The notes beneath the pieces are model-generated. The model searched no databases and was not told the origin of the DNA. It was given only the letters and a program-made list of their open reading frames with translations. Positions 1 through 12,289 of a stretch of 64,000 nucleotides of DNA are shown here, in pieces. The translations under genes and the position numbers were made by a program. The stretch spans positions 4,717,079 to 4,781,078 of the forward strand of contig NC_092377.1 of the NCBI RefSeq assembly GCF_030028105.1, written 5' to 3'. Origin of the DNA: Mobula birostris. Lineage: Eukaryota. How positions within the stretch are numbered: position 1 is the stretch's first letter; the number at the start of each line of letters is the position of its first letter.

Positions 1-201
1 ATTTTCCAGGTTACGTGCATCTTGTCATCTTTAATTTTCATTTTATTTCTATTTTTTTCATTTTATTTTAATGCTTGCCTTCTCACTCTTTTTAAAGTAC
101 GTTGAACTACACTGTCAGTATGAAGAGTGCTCTTTGAATAAGTTATTACTATCATTACAGCTCAGCACTGTACAAAGGTGCCTGACTAAAAGCCTGGGCT
201 G

Positions 202-1540
202 GTGAAGGATTTAGATGAACCCACTCAATTTAAGACAAGGTTGGATAGGTTTTTGCATAGTCGGGGAATTAATCTAGGTGATGATAGAGATCTAGAAGAT
301 TATAAGGCTAGCAGGGAGAAGCTTAAGAATGAAGTTAGGAGAGCTGGAAGGGGCCATGAGAAGGCCTTGGTGAGCAGGATTAAGGAAAACCCCAAGGCAT
401 TCTATGAGTATGTGAAGATAATAGGATACGACGTGAGAGAATAGGACCAATCAAGCATGACGGTGGAAAAGTGTGTATGGAATTGGAGGAGATAGCAGAG
501 GTATTTAATGAATACTTTCCTTCAGTATTCACTACAGAAAAGGATCTTGGCGATTGTGGGGGTGACTTACAGTTGACTGAAAAGCTTGAACATATAGACA
601 TTAAGAAAGAGAATGTGCTGAAGTTTTAGGAAATCATTAAGCTGGATAAGTCACCGGGACCAGACGAGATGTACCAGCTACTATGGGAGGTGAGAGAGGA
701 GATTGCTGAACATCTGGCATCATCAATGGTTCCCGTGGATTGGAGGGTTGCAGATGTTATTCCATTATTCGAAGAGTAGAGATAGCCCAGAAAACTATAG
801 ACCAGTGAGTTTTACTTCAGTGGATGGAGAAGATCCTGAGGGGCAGGATTTATGAACATTTGGAGAGGTATAATATGATTAGTAAGTGCATGTTCGTCAA
901 AGAATTGTGGCCGACGGGCCTGTATTGTGCTGTTGGTTTTATATGTTTCTATGTTTTCTAAAGGGCATACAACAAAGCAAAAAATTAGTGGGAAGATAGA
1001 GGATTGGGAAGTTTTTAAGGGTTATGGGGAAAAGGGAGGTAGGTGCAGATGAGTCCATGGCCATATCAGCTATGATCTTATTAAATGTCGAAGGGGGCTC
1101 AGTGGGCCAGATAGTCGACTCCTGCCCGTTTTTTCGAATGTTTTCATGTTAACGCTCCTTCCTCATTCAAACTTATTGATAATTCTACCACTCACTGAAC
1201 AGAAATCTGGAAGATGTTCGGAGACCACCTCCATGGGTTTCGGATAGTTTTGTCCAACTTAGTCAGGGAAGGGATGGTAGAGTGAAGGGACCATGTTTGA
1301 CAAGAGAAGTGGAACATCTAGTCAAGAGGAAGAAGGAAGTACTCTTAAAGTTTAGGCAGTAAAATATCAGACGGGGCTCTTGAGAGATATAAGGTCACCA
1401 GAAAGGATTTTCAGTTGGGACTTGGGAGAGCTGGAAGGAACCTTGGTGAGCAGGAATAAGGAAAACCTCAAGGCATTCTAACATACCTGAGGAACAGGAG
1501 AATGGCTGGACTGAGGGGAGGACTGATCAGGGATAAAGGG
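202..1540 (+). mobile_element. Decayed CR1 LINE ORF2 fragments
   Basis: Translations such as KALVSRIKENPKAFYEYVK and an ENYRPVSFTSV-like motif match CR1 ORF2 seen in better copies in this window; many stops and frameshifts. Confidence 0.85.
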
Positions 1541-1783
1541 AGAGATATTATCAACCGATGCAACATGGTCTTCAGAACTCTCTTGAAACTGTAACAGACC
1601 CCATGACCGCAGGGCTGTCAAACCATCAGAACCAGCCAGATATAACTGACCAATAGAAAACTGTAAATTAATCTTGGGGCTAAAATGTATTTAAATTTTA
1701 GGAATTGTTAAATGCTAGGGAAATATACTGCCTTGTATTGAGCTCCATAAATATACATTAATGTATACATATCCAACACACAG

Positions 1784-2131
1784 ATCCCGCGGATGATCCC
1801 GTCCTTGTGCAGGATCCACCAATCAGCAAGGTGCTGGAGGGTGTAACTGTCCAGCTCCACTGTGCCTTATATAATGCCAGTGTGAATGTCACCGATGTCC
1901 ACTGGTACCACCAGTGGCCTGGGAACAAGAGCGAGTGGGCGTTGAGTCACTTTGTGAATGACTCTGTGAGCAGGTCTGGGTATATTTCTGACCGCTTTCA
2001 GTCTTACAGGAATGTCGTGAGTAACAGTTACATTCTGACCATCAGTAATACATCTATTAGTGACACTGCAGCGTACAACTGCAGCGTGTGGAGTTACATC
2101 TACGGAGGAGGAACACAGCTCAATGTAACTG
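1784..2131 (+). CDS. Ig V-set exon with germline-joined J-like segment (V1); internal exon, phase 1/1
   Basis: Acceptor ACACAG ends 1783; donor GTAAGT at 2132; 348 nt open. PADDPVLVQDPPISKVLEGVTVQLHC...DVHWYHQWPG...DRFQSYRNVVSNSYILTISNTSISDTAAYNCSVWSYIYGGGTQLNVT has the B-strand Cys, C-strand Trp, D-x-A-x-Y-x-C and a J-type GxGT-L-V motif in one exon. Confidence 0.92.
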
Positions 2132-2589
2132 GTAAGTCAATGTCAATTCACACTGACAATAACAGCATCTCAGTATTCAACCTTCACACGATGACTGTCA
2201 GACACAGGGGGTTCTGTAATGTCCCCAGTAGAACAGAAAGTCGGATGGTTTTCCCTGGAGTGTAAACTGGTAACAGTTGGGAAATGGAAAAGTGGGAAAT
2301 GACAAGTATTCTGGAATAATATAGAAAATCTTGGCAAGTCATTTTGTGGATGAACAGGATTTTCTCTGTACCTCAGTACGTGTGACAATAATAAACCAAT
2401 TTACTGAGAGCTCACCCTGTGGGTGTGAGTTGTCAGAACTGGACGATGTTACCAATCGGAAAAACAGTCAGAACAAGTGGAAGGGAGATGAGGATAAAGT
2501 GATGTGTGTAAAAGAAATAGAATGGTCATTAAATTCAAAGTAAGTAAGAGAATACAATTAATGAAAGAAGGAACACTATTAGAGTCATC

Positions 2590-3216
2590 AAGTCATAGAA
2601 AAATACAATAGGCCCTTCAGTCCATCTAGTCTGTGCTGAACGATTTAAACTGTTACACCCATCGACCTGCACTGAGACTCCCGTACCCTGATCATCCATG
2701 TACCTATCCAAACTTCTCGTAAACTTTCAAATCGACCTTGCATGCACCAGTTGTGTTGGCAGCTCGTTCCACACTCTCATCAACCTCTGAGTGAAGAGGA
2801 TTCCCTTCATGTTCCCCTTAAACTTTTCACTTTTCACGCTCAATCCATGTCATTCAGTGGTAGTCCCACCCAATCTCAGAAGAAAAAGTCTGTTTGCATT
2901 TACCCTATCTATACACCCCAAAATTTTGTATCCTTCTATCAAATCTCCTCTCAATTTTATACATTCTAAGGAATGAAGATCTATCCTGTTAAATTTTTCC
3001 TGAGAGCTCTAGTCCTGAAGACATCCTTGAAAATCCTCTCTGTCCTCTTTCAACCTTATTTACATCTTTCCAAATCTACATAAATACTCCAAATTACACC
3101 TCACCAACATCTTATACAACTTCAACATACTCCTATACTCAGTACTTTGATTTATGAATACCAACGAGCCAAAAGTTTTCTTTCTGACCCTATCTACTGG
3201 TAACAACTTCCAATGA
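2590..3216 (-). mobile_element. CR1 3' fragment, part of the segment duplicated at 9756-10570
   Basis: Reverse complement of the CR1 ORF2 C-terminal region; same piece with the same unique flank recurs near 9960-10570. Confidence 0.8.
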
Positions 3217-3625
3217 TTGCAGCAGTTCTGTCAATAGCTGATAGTGTTCCTGCTTGGTTTCAGTCTGCAGGAGTAGATCTACATATTGTACCAAACACTT
3301 GGGTTTTGAAAACCATTTTAACCCTTCACCAAAGTGTTGGTGAAATATAGATTGGGAAATGTGAAACCCCTGTGGCAGGGCAGTCCATGTATACTGCTGT
3401 TCCTGAAAGGTAAATGCAAACGTATCGACACTCTTGTTCTGGTGGGATAGACCAAAGCCCATTATTCACATTGACAACTGTGAACCATTGTGCTCTTTCA
3501 TTCTGTTTGACCACTGTCTATGGGCTAGTTGTTACAGTTAGGGCTGTTAATGGGGTTACTTTATTCAGCTTTCAATAGTCTATTGTCAACCTCCGACTGC
3601 CATCTGGTTTCCTCGCTGGCCATAG
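3217..3625 (-). mobile_element. Endogenous retrovirus reverse transcriptase fragment (decayed)
   Basis: Minus-strand translation with stops and a frameshift: WPARKPDGSRRLTIDY*KLNKVTP...WFTVVNVNNGLWSIP / FAFTFQEQQYTWTALPQGFHISQSIFHQ...LVQYVDLLLQ, matching the retroviral RT motifs LPQG and YVDD. Confidence 0.85.
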
Positions 3626-3659
3626 TGAGTTTAGGAGCCAAGAGGTAATATTGCAGCTA

Positions 3660-5850
3660 TATAACCATACAACCATATAACAATTACAGCACGGAAACAG
3701 GCCATCTTGACCCTTCTAGTCCATGCCAAACTCTTACTCTCACCTAGTCCCACCAACCTGCACTCAGCCCATTACCCTCCATTCCCTTCCTGTCCATATA
3801 TCTATCCAATTTAACTTTAAATGACGACATCGAACCTGCCTCAACCACTTCTGCTGGAAGCTTGTTCCACACAGCTACCACTCTCTGAGTAAAGAAGTTC
3901 TCCCTCATGTTACCCCTAAACTTTTGCCCTTTAACTCTCAACTTATGCCCTCTTGTTTGAATCTCCCCCACTCTCAATGGAAAAAGCCTATCCACGTCAA
4001 CCCTATCTATCCCCCTCATCATTTTAAATACCTCTATCAAGTCCCTCCTCAACCTTCTACTCTCCAAAGAATAAAGGCCCAACTTGTTCAACCTTTCTCT
4101 GTAAGTTAGGTGATGAAACCCGGGTAACATTCTAGTAAATCTTCTCTCTACTCTCTCTATTTTGTTGACATTTTTCCTATAATTCGGTGACCAAAACTGT
4201 ACACAATACTCCAAATTTGGCCTCACCAATGCCTTGTACAATTTCAACATTACATCCCAACTCCTATACTCAATGCTCTGATTTATAAAGGCCAGCATAC
4301 CAAAAGCTTTCTTCACCACCATATCCACATGAGATTTTACCTTCAGGAAACTATGCACCATTATCCCTAGATCCGTCTGTTCTACAGCATTCCTCAATGC
4401 CCTACCATTTACCATGTATGTCCTATTTTGATTAGTCCTACCAAAATGTAGCACCTTACATTTATCAGCATTAAACTCCATCTAACATCTTTCAGCCCAC
4501 TCTTCTAGCTGGCCTAAATCTCTCTGCAAGCTTTGAAAACCTACTTCATTATCCACAACTCCACATATCTTAGTATCATCTGCATACTTACTCATCCAAT
4601 TTACCACCCCATCATCCAGATCATTAATGTATATGACAAATAACATTGGACCCAGTACAGATCCCTGAGGCACACCATTAGTCACCGACCTCCAATCTGA
4701 CAAACGGTTATCCACCACTACTCTCTGGCACCTCTCATCCAGCCAGTGCTGAATCCATTTTACTACTTCAATATTAATACCTAATGATTGAACCTTCCTA
4801 ACCAACCTTCCGTGTGGGACCTTGTCAAAGACCTTACTGAAGTCGATATAGACAGCATCCACTGCTTTACCCTCGTCAACTTTCCTAGTAACCTCTTCAA
4901 AAAATTCAATAAGATTAGTCAAACATGATCTTCCATGCACAAATATATGTTGACTGTTTCTAATCAGACCCTGTCTATACAGATAATTATATATACCATC
5001 TCTAAGAATACTTTCCATCACTTTACCCACCACTGACATCAAACTCACAGACCGATAATTGCTAGGTTTACTCTTAGAACCCTTTTTAAACAATGGAACA
5101 GCATGAGCAATACGTCAATCCTCCGGCACCATCCCCGTTTCTAATGACATTTGAAATATTTCTGTCAGAGCCCCTGCTATTTCCACACTAACTTCCCTCA
5201 AGGTCCTAGAGAATATCCTATCAGGACCTGGAGACTTATCCACTTTTATATTCCTTAAAAGTTCCAGTACTTCCTCTTCTTTAATCATCATAGTTTCCAT
5301 AACTTCCCTACCTGTTTCCCTTATCTTACACAATTCAATATTTTTCTTCTCAGTGAATACCGAAGAAATTGTTCAGAATCTCCCCCATTTCTTTTGGCTC
5401 CACACATAGCTGTCCACTCTGATTCTCTAAGGGACCAATTTTATCCCTCACTATCCTTTTGCTATTAATATAATGGTAGAAACCTTTGGGATTTATTTTC
5501 ACCTTACTTGTCAAAGCAACCTTGTATCTCCTTTTAGCTTTTCTAATTTCTTTCTTAAGATTCTGTTTACATTCTTTATATTCCTCGAGCGCCATATTTA
5601 CTCTATGCTGTCTATATTTATTGTAGATATCTCTCTTTTTCTGAACAAAGTTTCCAATATCCCTTGAAAACCATGGCTTTCTCAAACTTTTAACCTTTCC
5701 TTTCAACCTAACAGGAACATAAAGAATCTGTACTCTCAAAATTTCACCTTTAAATAACCTCCATTTCTTTATTTCTTTTTTTTCCATAAAACAAATTGTC
5801 CCAATCCACTCCTTCTAAATCCTTTCGCATTTCCTCAAAGTTAGCTTTTA
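3660..5850 (-). mobile_element. 5'-truncated CR1 LINE (family A) inserted in the ERV
   Basis: ORFs 3744-4481, 4482-5093 and 5350-5787 give CR1 RT (YRSVSLMSVVGK, PQGSVLGP, YADD); AACCATA-type tail near 3660. Confidence 0.95.
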
Positions 5851-6345
5851 ACCATATAACCATACAACAATTACAGCATGGAAACAGGCCATCTCGGCCC
5901 TTCTAGTCCATGCCAAACTCTTACTCTCACCTAGTCCCACCGACCTGCACTCAGCCCATAACCCTCCATTCCTTTCCTGTCCATATATCTATCCAATTTA
6001 ACTTTAAACGACAATATCGAACCTGCCTCAACCACTTCTGCTGGAAGCTCGTTCCACACAGCTACCACTCTCTGAGTAAAGAAGTTCCCCCTCATGTTAC
6101 CCCTAAACTTTTGCCCTTTAACTCTCAACTCATGTCCTGTTATTTGAATCTCCCTCATTCTCAATGGAAAAAGCCTATTCACGTCAACTCTATCAATCCC
6201 CCTCGTAATTTTAAGCACCTCTATCAAGTCCCCTCTCAACTTTCTATGCTCCAAAGAATAAAGACGTAACTTAGAAACCATATAACAATTACATATAACC
6301 ATATAACAATTACAATATAACCTTATAATAATTACAATTACAATT
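5851..6345 (-). mobile_element. CR1 family A 3' end fragment
   Basis: Near-identical to 3660-4090; ORF 5931-6389 encodes the CR1 C-terminus (RGNFFTQRVVAVWNELP). Confidence 0.9.
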
Positions 6346-6559
6346 GGATTTTCTCCAATCAAAAATCTCAACTCGACACCGAGCACCATCTCTGCCGAGC
6401 GCTTCGACCCCAGCCCCAGTCGCCAGCAGCAGGCAAAGTCGAGGGTTCTGGGGCCTTCTCTCCAGAGATTCTTGATTGCACAGTAGCTGCGGCAGCGAAC
6501 CAGGCATTTCAGAAGTTACTCCAAATATTCCTCCGTGCTCTCACGACTGTCTCTATCAA

Positions 6560-7505
6560 ATCAGAATTGTGATTTTGATTTGCTCCCCCCCTCTCTGACA
6601 GTAGGGCTGTCAGTCGTGCAGACGGTAGCACTGGCTCCCGTTGGTAGGGTGTCAGCGGGAGTTCCATTGGAAATAGTGCTTCGTAATTATTGTAACCGTG
6701 TCCAGAGGCTTCATCTGCTAAATCATGCCAATCAGTGTCTCCATATTCACCTTCCTCCCCTTTTTCAGATCCAAAAGCACTTATTATTCCTCACTGTGCA
6801 GCAAGTTGGTCCTGCAGCTTTTGAATGTGCTTTAAACACTTTGCATGATCACCACTGTTACTCTTCCTTTCCTGTGCTGATTTCTGAATCACATTCAAAG
6901 CCGTCTTTAGATCACTGCACTGTTTCCTTAATCCTTCCACTTCATCCTTCACTTGTTCAGCTGCTTCCTCCAGTTTACTTTTGTCTGTAAGTAATTTCTC
7001 ACACTTCAACTGAAATGGTTCATGTGCATCAAGCCCATACCTCTCTGACCCTGTAAATCAGTAACTGTTTCTCGATAGGTTTCCCGTCCTTTTGGAGCCT
7101 CTTGTGTTCTCCTTCTAACTTATCTCGCTTGGCTTCTGCTTTTTGCCACTTTTCTGTGATTTCCTGTTGTAACCTCTGTCACTCGGCTTCAGATTTTTGC
7201 CAACATTCGTTTTCCAATTCCAATCTATGCTGTTCTGCCTTATCATTTTGTTATCATTCTATCAAATCCTCAATTAAACACCCAACTGCTACTGTTTTTT
7301 TTTGCAATTGTTTAAACTTCCTGCTCAACAGCTTCCCTTGGGCAATTCTCCACAGAGCATCACCAGCAGTTTTCCCTTCACAGCCAGGGTGACCCACAAA
7401 CTCCTTGTACTGTGGCCACTTCCCCAACACGTATTTCTGGAGATATCCCCTCCCAACAAAACAATCCAAGTCCTCTGGACTTGCAGAATCTTCTGAATTC
7501 TTCAT
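6560..7505 (-). mobile_element. ERV first ORF (gag-like, coiled-coil rich), decayed
   Basis: Starts about 100 nt after the PBS: MKNSEDSASPEDLDC..., then heptad-like EQHRLELENECWQKSEAE*QRLQQEITEKWQKAEAKRDKLEGE and KCEKLLTDKSKLEEAAEQVKDEVEGLRKQCSDLKTAL, broken by stops and frameshifts. The gag call comes from position, not sequence match. Confidence 0.65.
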
Positions 7506-7604
7506 CCTGGGTTAGTAACCACTAACTACCCAGACACACATCAATGTAACTCACCCACGTTAGCTGACTTGAGTGTCCTGCTGAACAAAGAGATTTATCC
7601 TTGA

Positions 7605-7622
7605 GCCCACCCAGGGTCGCCA
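7605..7622 (-). promoter_or_regulatory. Primer-binding site, complementary to tRNA-Asn(GUU) 3' end
   Basis: Plus strand 7603-7622 GAGCCCACCCAGGGTCGCCA versus recalled vertebrate tRNA-Asn 3' end GAGCCCACCCAGGGACG(CCA), one mismatch. It lies 4 nt inside an LTR end reading ...TGTAACA on the - strand. Confidence 0.8.
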
Positions 7623-7626
7623 ATTC

Positions 7627-9755
7627 TGTTACAGAAATCACCCCTTGTAATAATGATCAGTGAGGAACAGAGAATCTGTAGTTACTGACAAGTGACTTTT
7701 ATTATTTCAACTACAAAACACATGGGTTCACACTACCTGTGTGCTCCCTACTGGAACCCCTGACACTCCATGAACAGTCAATGAAGAGGAAAGGTATTAC
7801 CCAGGAAAGGAAAATCATGTCTGACGAATCTCATAGAATTTTTTGAGATGTAACTAGTAGAATGGATAGGGGAGAACCAGTGGATGTGGTATATTTGGAT
7901 TTTCAAAAGGCTTTTGACAAGGTCCCACACAGGAGATTAGTGTGCAAACTTAAAGCACACAGTATTGGGGGTAAGGTATTGATATGGCTAGAGAATTGGT
8001 TGGCAGACAGGAAGCAAATAGTGGGAATAAACGGGACCTTTTCAGAATGGCAGGCAGTGACTAGTGGGGTACCGCAAGGCTCACTGCTGGGACCCCAGTT
8101 GTTTACAATATATATTAATGACTTAGACGAGGGAATTAAATGCAGCATCTCCAATTTTGCGGATGACACGAAGCTGGGCGGCAGTGTTAGCTGTGAGGAG
8201 GATGCTAAGAGGATGCAGGGTGACTTGGATACGTTAGGTGAGTGGGCAAATTCATGGCAGATGCAATTTAACGTGGATAAATGTGAGGATATCCACATTG
8301 GTGGCAAGAACAGGAAAACAGATTATTACCTGAATGGCGGCCGATTAGGAAAACGGGAGGTGCAACGAGACCTGGGTGTCATTATATCCCAGTCATTGAA
8401 AGTGGGCATGCAGGTACAGCAGGCGGTGAAAAAGGCGAATGGTATGCTTGCTTTCATAGCAAGAGGATTTGAGTACAGGAGCAGGGAGGTACTACTGCAG
8501 TTGTACAAGTTCTTGGTGAGACCACACCTGGAGTATTGTGGGCAGTTTTGGTCCCCTAATCTGAGGAAAGACATTCTTGCCATAGAGAGAGGACAAAGAA
8601 GGTTCACCAGATCGATTCCTGGGATGGCAGAACTTTCATATGATGAACGACTGGATCGACTAGGCTAATACTCTCTGGAATCTAGAAGATTGAGGGGGGA
8701 TCTGATTGAAACGTATAAAATCCTAAATGGATTGGACAGGCTAGATGCAGGAAGATTGTTCCCGATGTTGGGGAAGTCCAGAATGACAGGTCACAGTTTG
8801 AGGATAAAGGGGAAGTCTTTTTAGGACCGAGATGAGGAAAAACTTCTTCACACAGAGAGTGGTGAATCTGTGGAATTCTCTGCCACAGGAAACAGTTGGG
8901 GCCAGTTCATTGGCTATATTTAAGAGGGAGTTAGATATGGCCCTTGTGGCTAAAGGGATCAGGGGGTATGGAGAGAAGGCAGGTACAGGGTTCTGAGTTG
9001 GATGATCGGCCGTGATCATACTGAATGGCGGTGCAGGCTCGAAGGGCCGAATGGCCTACTCCTGCACCTATTTTTTATGTTTCTATGAAAGGAGTCTCTG
9101 CTGGCCAGGAGTTCCTCATGGTCCCGATCTCCAACTGTCCTTGGGGTCCTCCTTATCCAAGATGGTTTCTCTCTGGCTGCTGGAGAGTTATCACCCCCTG
9201 CGTATTTGCAGTCTTATACGGTTCTTTATCAATTGAATCATTGGATCTCCATCCCATTGGCTCAAGGTCACCTGACCTACCTGGGTCACTTTCATACTGG
9301 TCACTGAACAGGGCTACAACCAACATTGTTTCATGGTTCTGCCCACCCCAGACTTGTGTATTTGTGCCTTTACACTCTGACGTGTCTAAATGAGGCAACC
9401 CAGACAGAGTCTAACAAGATTACAGATTGCTTCTTTGGTAGGTTTGGCATTTTACATAACAAGTAGCCACTCCTCTGAGAATGGTCGCAGGTTTATTGGT
9501 CTGATTAGATTGTCCCAGAATTAAGAATTGGTTCAGAGTCCACACCCTTTACAGAATAAATGGCTACTTGTTTGAGAATGGTCTCAGGTTTTACAGATCA
9601 TTACCTGAAGTTTCCTGTGTCCACATTCAGTTGCTCTGATTAGATTATCCCGGAGCAAGAAACTGTTCAGAGTCCATAAAAAGGGGGGAAACAAAGACAA
9701 CTGGCTTGTCTGCTTCCCCTGTCCTTGATTAGACCGAAGTTTCTTCTGGCCAACA
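7627..9755 (-). mobile_element. ERV 5' LTR (about 850 bp: 7627-7810 plus 9093-9755) split by a CR1 insertion
   Basis: On the - strand it starts TGTTGG at 9755 and ends TGTAACA at 7627 next to the PBS; AATAAA (plus TTTATT 7698-7703) about 70 nt before the end. The interrupting CR1 is flanked by GAAAGG at 7805-7810 and 9087-9092. Confidence 0.7.
7811..9086 (+). mobile_element. 5'-truncated CR1 LINE (family B)
   Basis: ORF 7862-8668 is CR1 RT (YLDFQKAFDKVPH, FADDTKL); TTTCTATG tail; very similar to 39500-40780 and 53690-54970. Confidence 0.95.
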
Positions 9756-10624
9756 CAATAATAAACCAATTTACTAAGGGCTCGCCCTGTGGGTGTGAGT
9801 TGTTAGAACTGGATGATGTTACCAATTGGAAAAACAGTCAGAACAAGTGGGAGGGAGAAGAGGATATAATAATGTGTGTAAAAGAAATAGACTGGCCATT
9901 AAATTCAAAGTAATTAAGAGAATACAATTAATGGCAGAAGGAACACTATTAGAGTCATCGAGTCATAGAAGAGTACAGTAGGCCCTTCAGCCCATCGAGT
10001 CTGTTTTGAACCATTTAAAGCGCCTCTATACCCCAATCATCCAAACTTCTCTCAAACGTGACATCGAGCTCGCATACACCACTTGCACTGGCAACTCATT
10101 CTACACTGTCACCACGCTCTGAGTGAAGGACATTTCCCTCACGTTCTCCTTAAACGTTTCACCTTTCACCCTCAGTCCATGTCATCCAGTGGCTGTCCCA
10201 CCCAACCTCAATGAAAAAAACCTGTTTGCATTTATCCTATCTATACCCCCCATAATTATGTATACCTCTATCAAATCTCCCCTCAATCTTTTATGTTCTA
10301 TGGAATGAAGACCAAACTCATTAAATCTTTCCTCAGAGTTCAGATCTTCTAGTCCTGGTGACATCCTTGAAAATCTTCTCTGTACTATTTTCAACTTATT
10401 TACATCATTCCTACAGGTAAGTCACCAAAATTGCAACAATACTCCAAATTATGCCTCACCGACATCTCATACAACTTCAACATAATATCTCATCTCCTAT
10501 ACTCAGTACTTTGATTTATATGCCAAAAGTTTTCTGTATGACCCAATGGACCTGTGATAACTTCCAATGAATTATAGACCTGTATTCCCAGATCCTTTTG
10601 TTCTACCACACTCCTCAGTGTCCT

Positions 10625-11790
10625 AAAGTTCACAATGTAAGTTCTCGGCCCGAAACTTCAACTGTACTTCTTCCTAGAGATGCTGCCTGGCCTGCTGTGT
10701 TCACCAGCAACTTTGACGTGTGTTGCTTGAACTTCCAGCATCTGCAGAATTCCTCATGTTTGCAATGTAAGATCTACCCTGTTTGGTCCGATTGAAGTGA
10801 AACACCTTGCATTTTTCTGTATTAGCTATTGTCTGCCATGTTTCAGCCCATTTTTCCAGCTGCTCCAGATCCCACTGCAAATTTTGATAGAATTCGTCAT
10901 TCTTCTCTGCACCCCTAATCTTGGTGTCATCTGTTAATCTGCTGATCCAGTTAATCACATTATCATCCAAATTATTTATATTGAGGAAAATCAACAACAG
11001 ACCCTGCACTGATCCCTGCGGCACTCCACGAGTCACAGGCCTGCAGTCAGAGAGGCAACCAGCTACTGCCACCCTCTGTCTTCTCCCACAAAGCCAAGGT
11101 CGAATCCAATTTCAAATGCAGGAAATCAAAATGAACACACACAAAACGCTGGAGGAGCTCAGCAGGCCAGGCAGCATCCATGAAAAAGAGTACAGTTGAC
11201 ATTTTGGGCTGAAACCCTTCTGGAGAAAAAAAGTAGAGGAGTAAGAGAAAAACACAAGGTGATAGGTGACACACACACACACACACAAAATGCTGGTGAA
11301 CGCAGCAGGCCAGGCAGCATCTCTAGGAAGAGGAACAGTTGATATTTCAGGCTGAGACCCTTCGTCAGGACAAACTGAAAGAAGAGATAGTAAGAGATTT
11401 GAAAGTGGGAGGGGGAGGGGGAGATCTGAACTGATAGGAGAAGACAGGAGGGGGAGGGATGGAGCCAAGAGCTAGAAAGTTGATTGGCAAAAGGGATACC
11501 AGGCTGGAGAAGGGAGAGGATCATGGGACGGGAAGCCTGGGGAGAAAGAGAAGGGGGGAGGAGAGCCCGGAGGGTGAAGAGCAGGCAAGTAGTTATAGTG
11601 AGAGGGGCAAAGGGAGAAAAAAAGAGAGAGAAAAAAAAGGGGGGGAAATTTAAAAAATAATTAAATAACCAAATAAGGGATAGGGTGTGAAGGGGAGGAG
11701 GGGCATTAACGTAAGTTAGAAAAGTCAATATTCATGCCATCAGCTTGGAGGCTGCCCAGACGGAATATGAGGTGTTGTCCCTCCAACCTG
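10625..11790. mobile_element. Penelope-derived non-autonomous elements mixed with a CR1 RT fragment
   Basis: Repeated GCTGGAGGA(A/G)CTCAGCAGGCCAGGCAGCATC motif in both orientations, purine-rich tract, CR1 piece at 10760-11100. Confidence 0.7.
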
Positions 11791-12289
11791 ACTGTCGCTT
11801 CATCTTGACAGTAGAGGACAGTAGAGTATAAGCCTACGGACTTTCACAGCCCTACCTGGACTATTCCTCTTCTCACTCTGTCTCTTGCAAAAATGCCATG
11901 CCCTTCTCGCAATTCCTCCCTCTCCGCCACATCTGCTCTCAGGATGAGGCTTTTCATTCCAAGGCAAAGGAGAGGTCTTCCTTTTTGTATGACCCTCCAA
12001 TCCTCCAGAACCTCTCCCATCCCCATTGATGATGCAGAGATAATCGCCAGAGGCTCAGCAATCACTTCCTTGCCTCCCACATTACCCTGGGGTACATCTC
12101 ATCTGGTCCCAGCGATATATCCAACTTTAAGCTTTCCAAAAGCTCCAGCACATTCTCTTTCTTAATATCTACATGCTTAAGCTTTTCAGTCTGCTGCAAG
12201 TCATCACTACAATCACTAAGATCCTTCTCCATAGTGAATACTGAAGTAAAATATTCATTAAGTACCTCTGCTATTTCCATAAGACCATA

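Noticed and set aside
2358-2386. Possible 18-nt phase 1/1 micro-exon (GFSLYL) whose donor GTACGTGTGAC matches 11 nt of the TM-exon donor at 18946
   Set aside because: Weak acceptor tract, no TM-like or homologous sequence upstream, and an 11-nt match can be chance.
6535-6990. 151-aa plus-strand ORF and other antisense ORFs, e.g. 23387-24163 and 56365-56943
   Set aside because: Antisense shadows of ERV gag or CR1 ORF2; no independent evidence.
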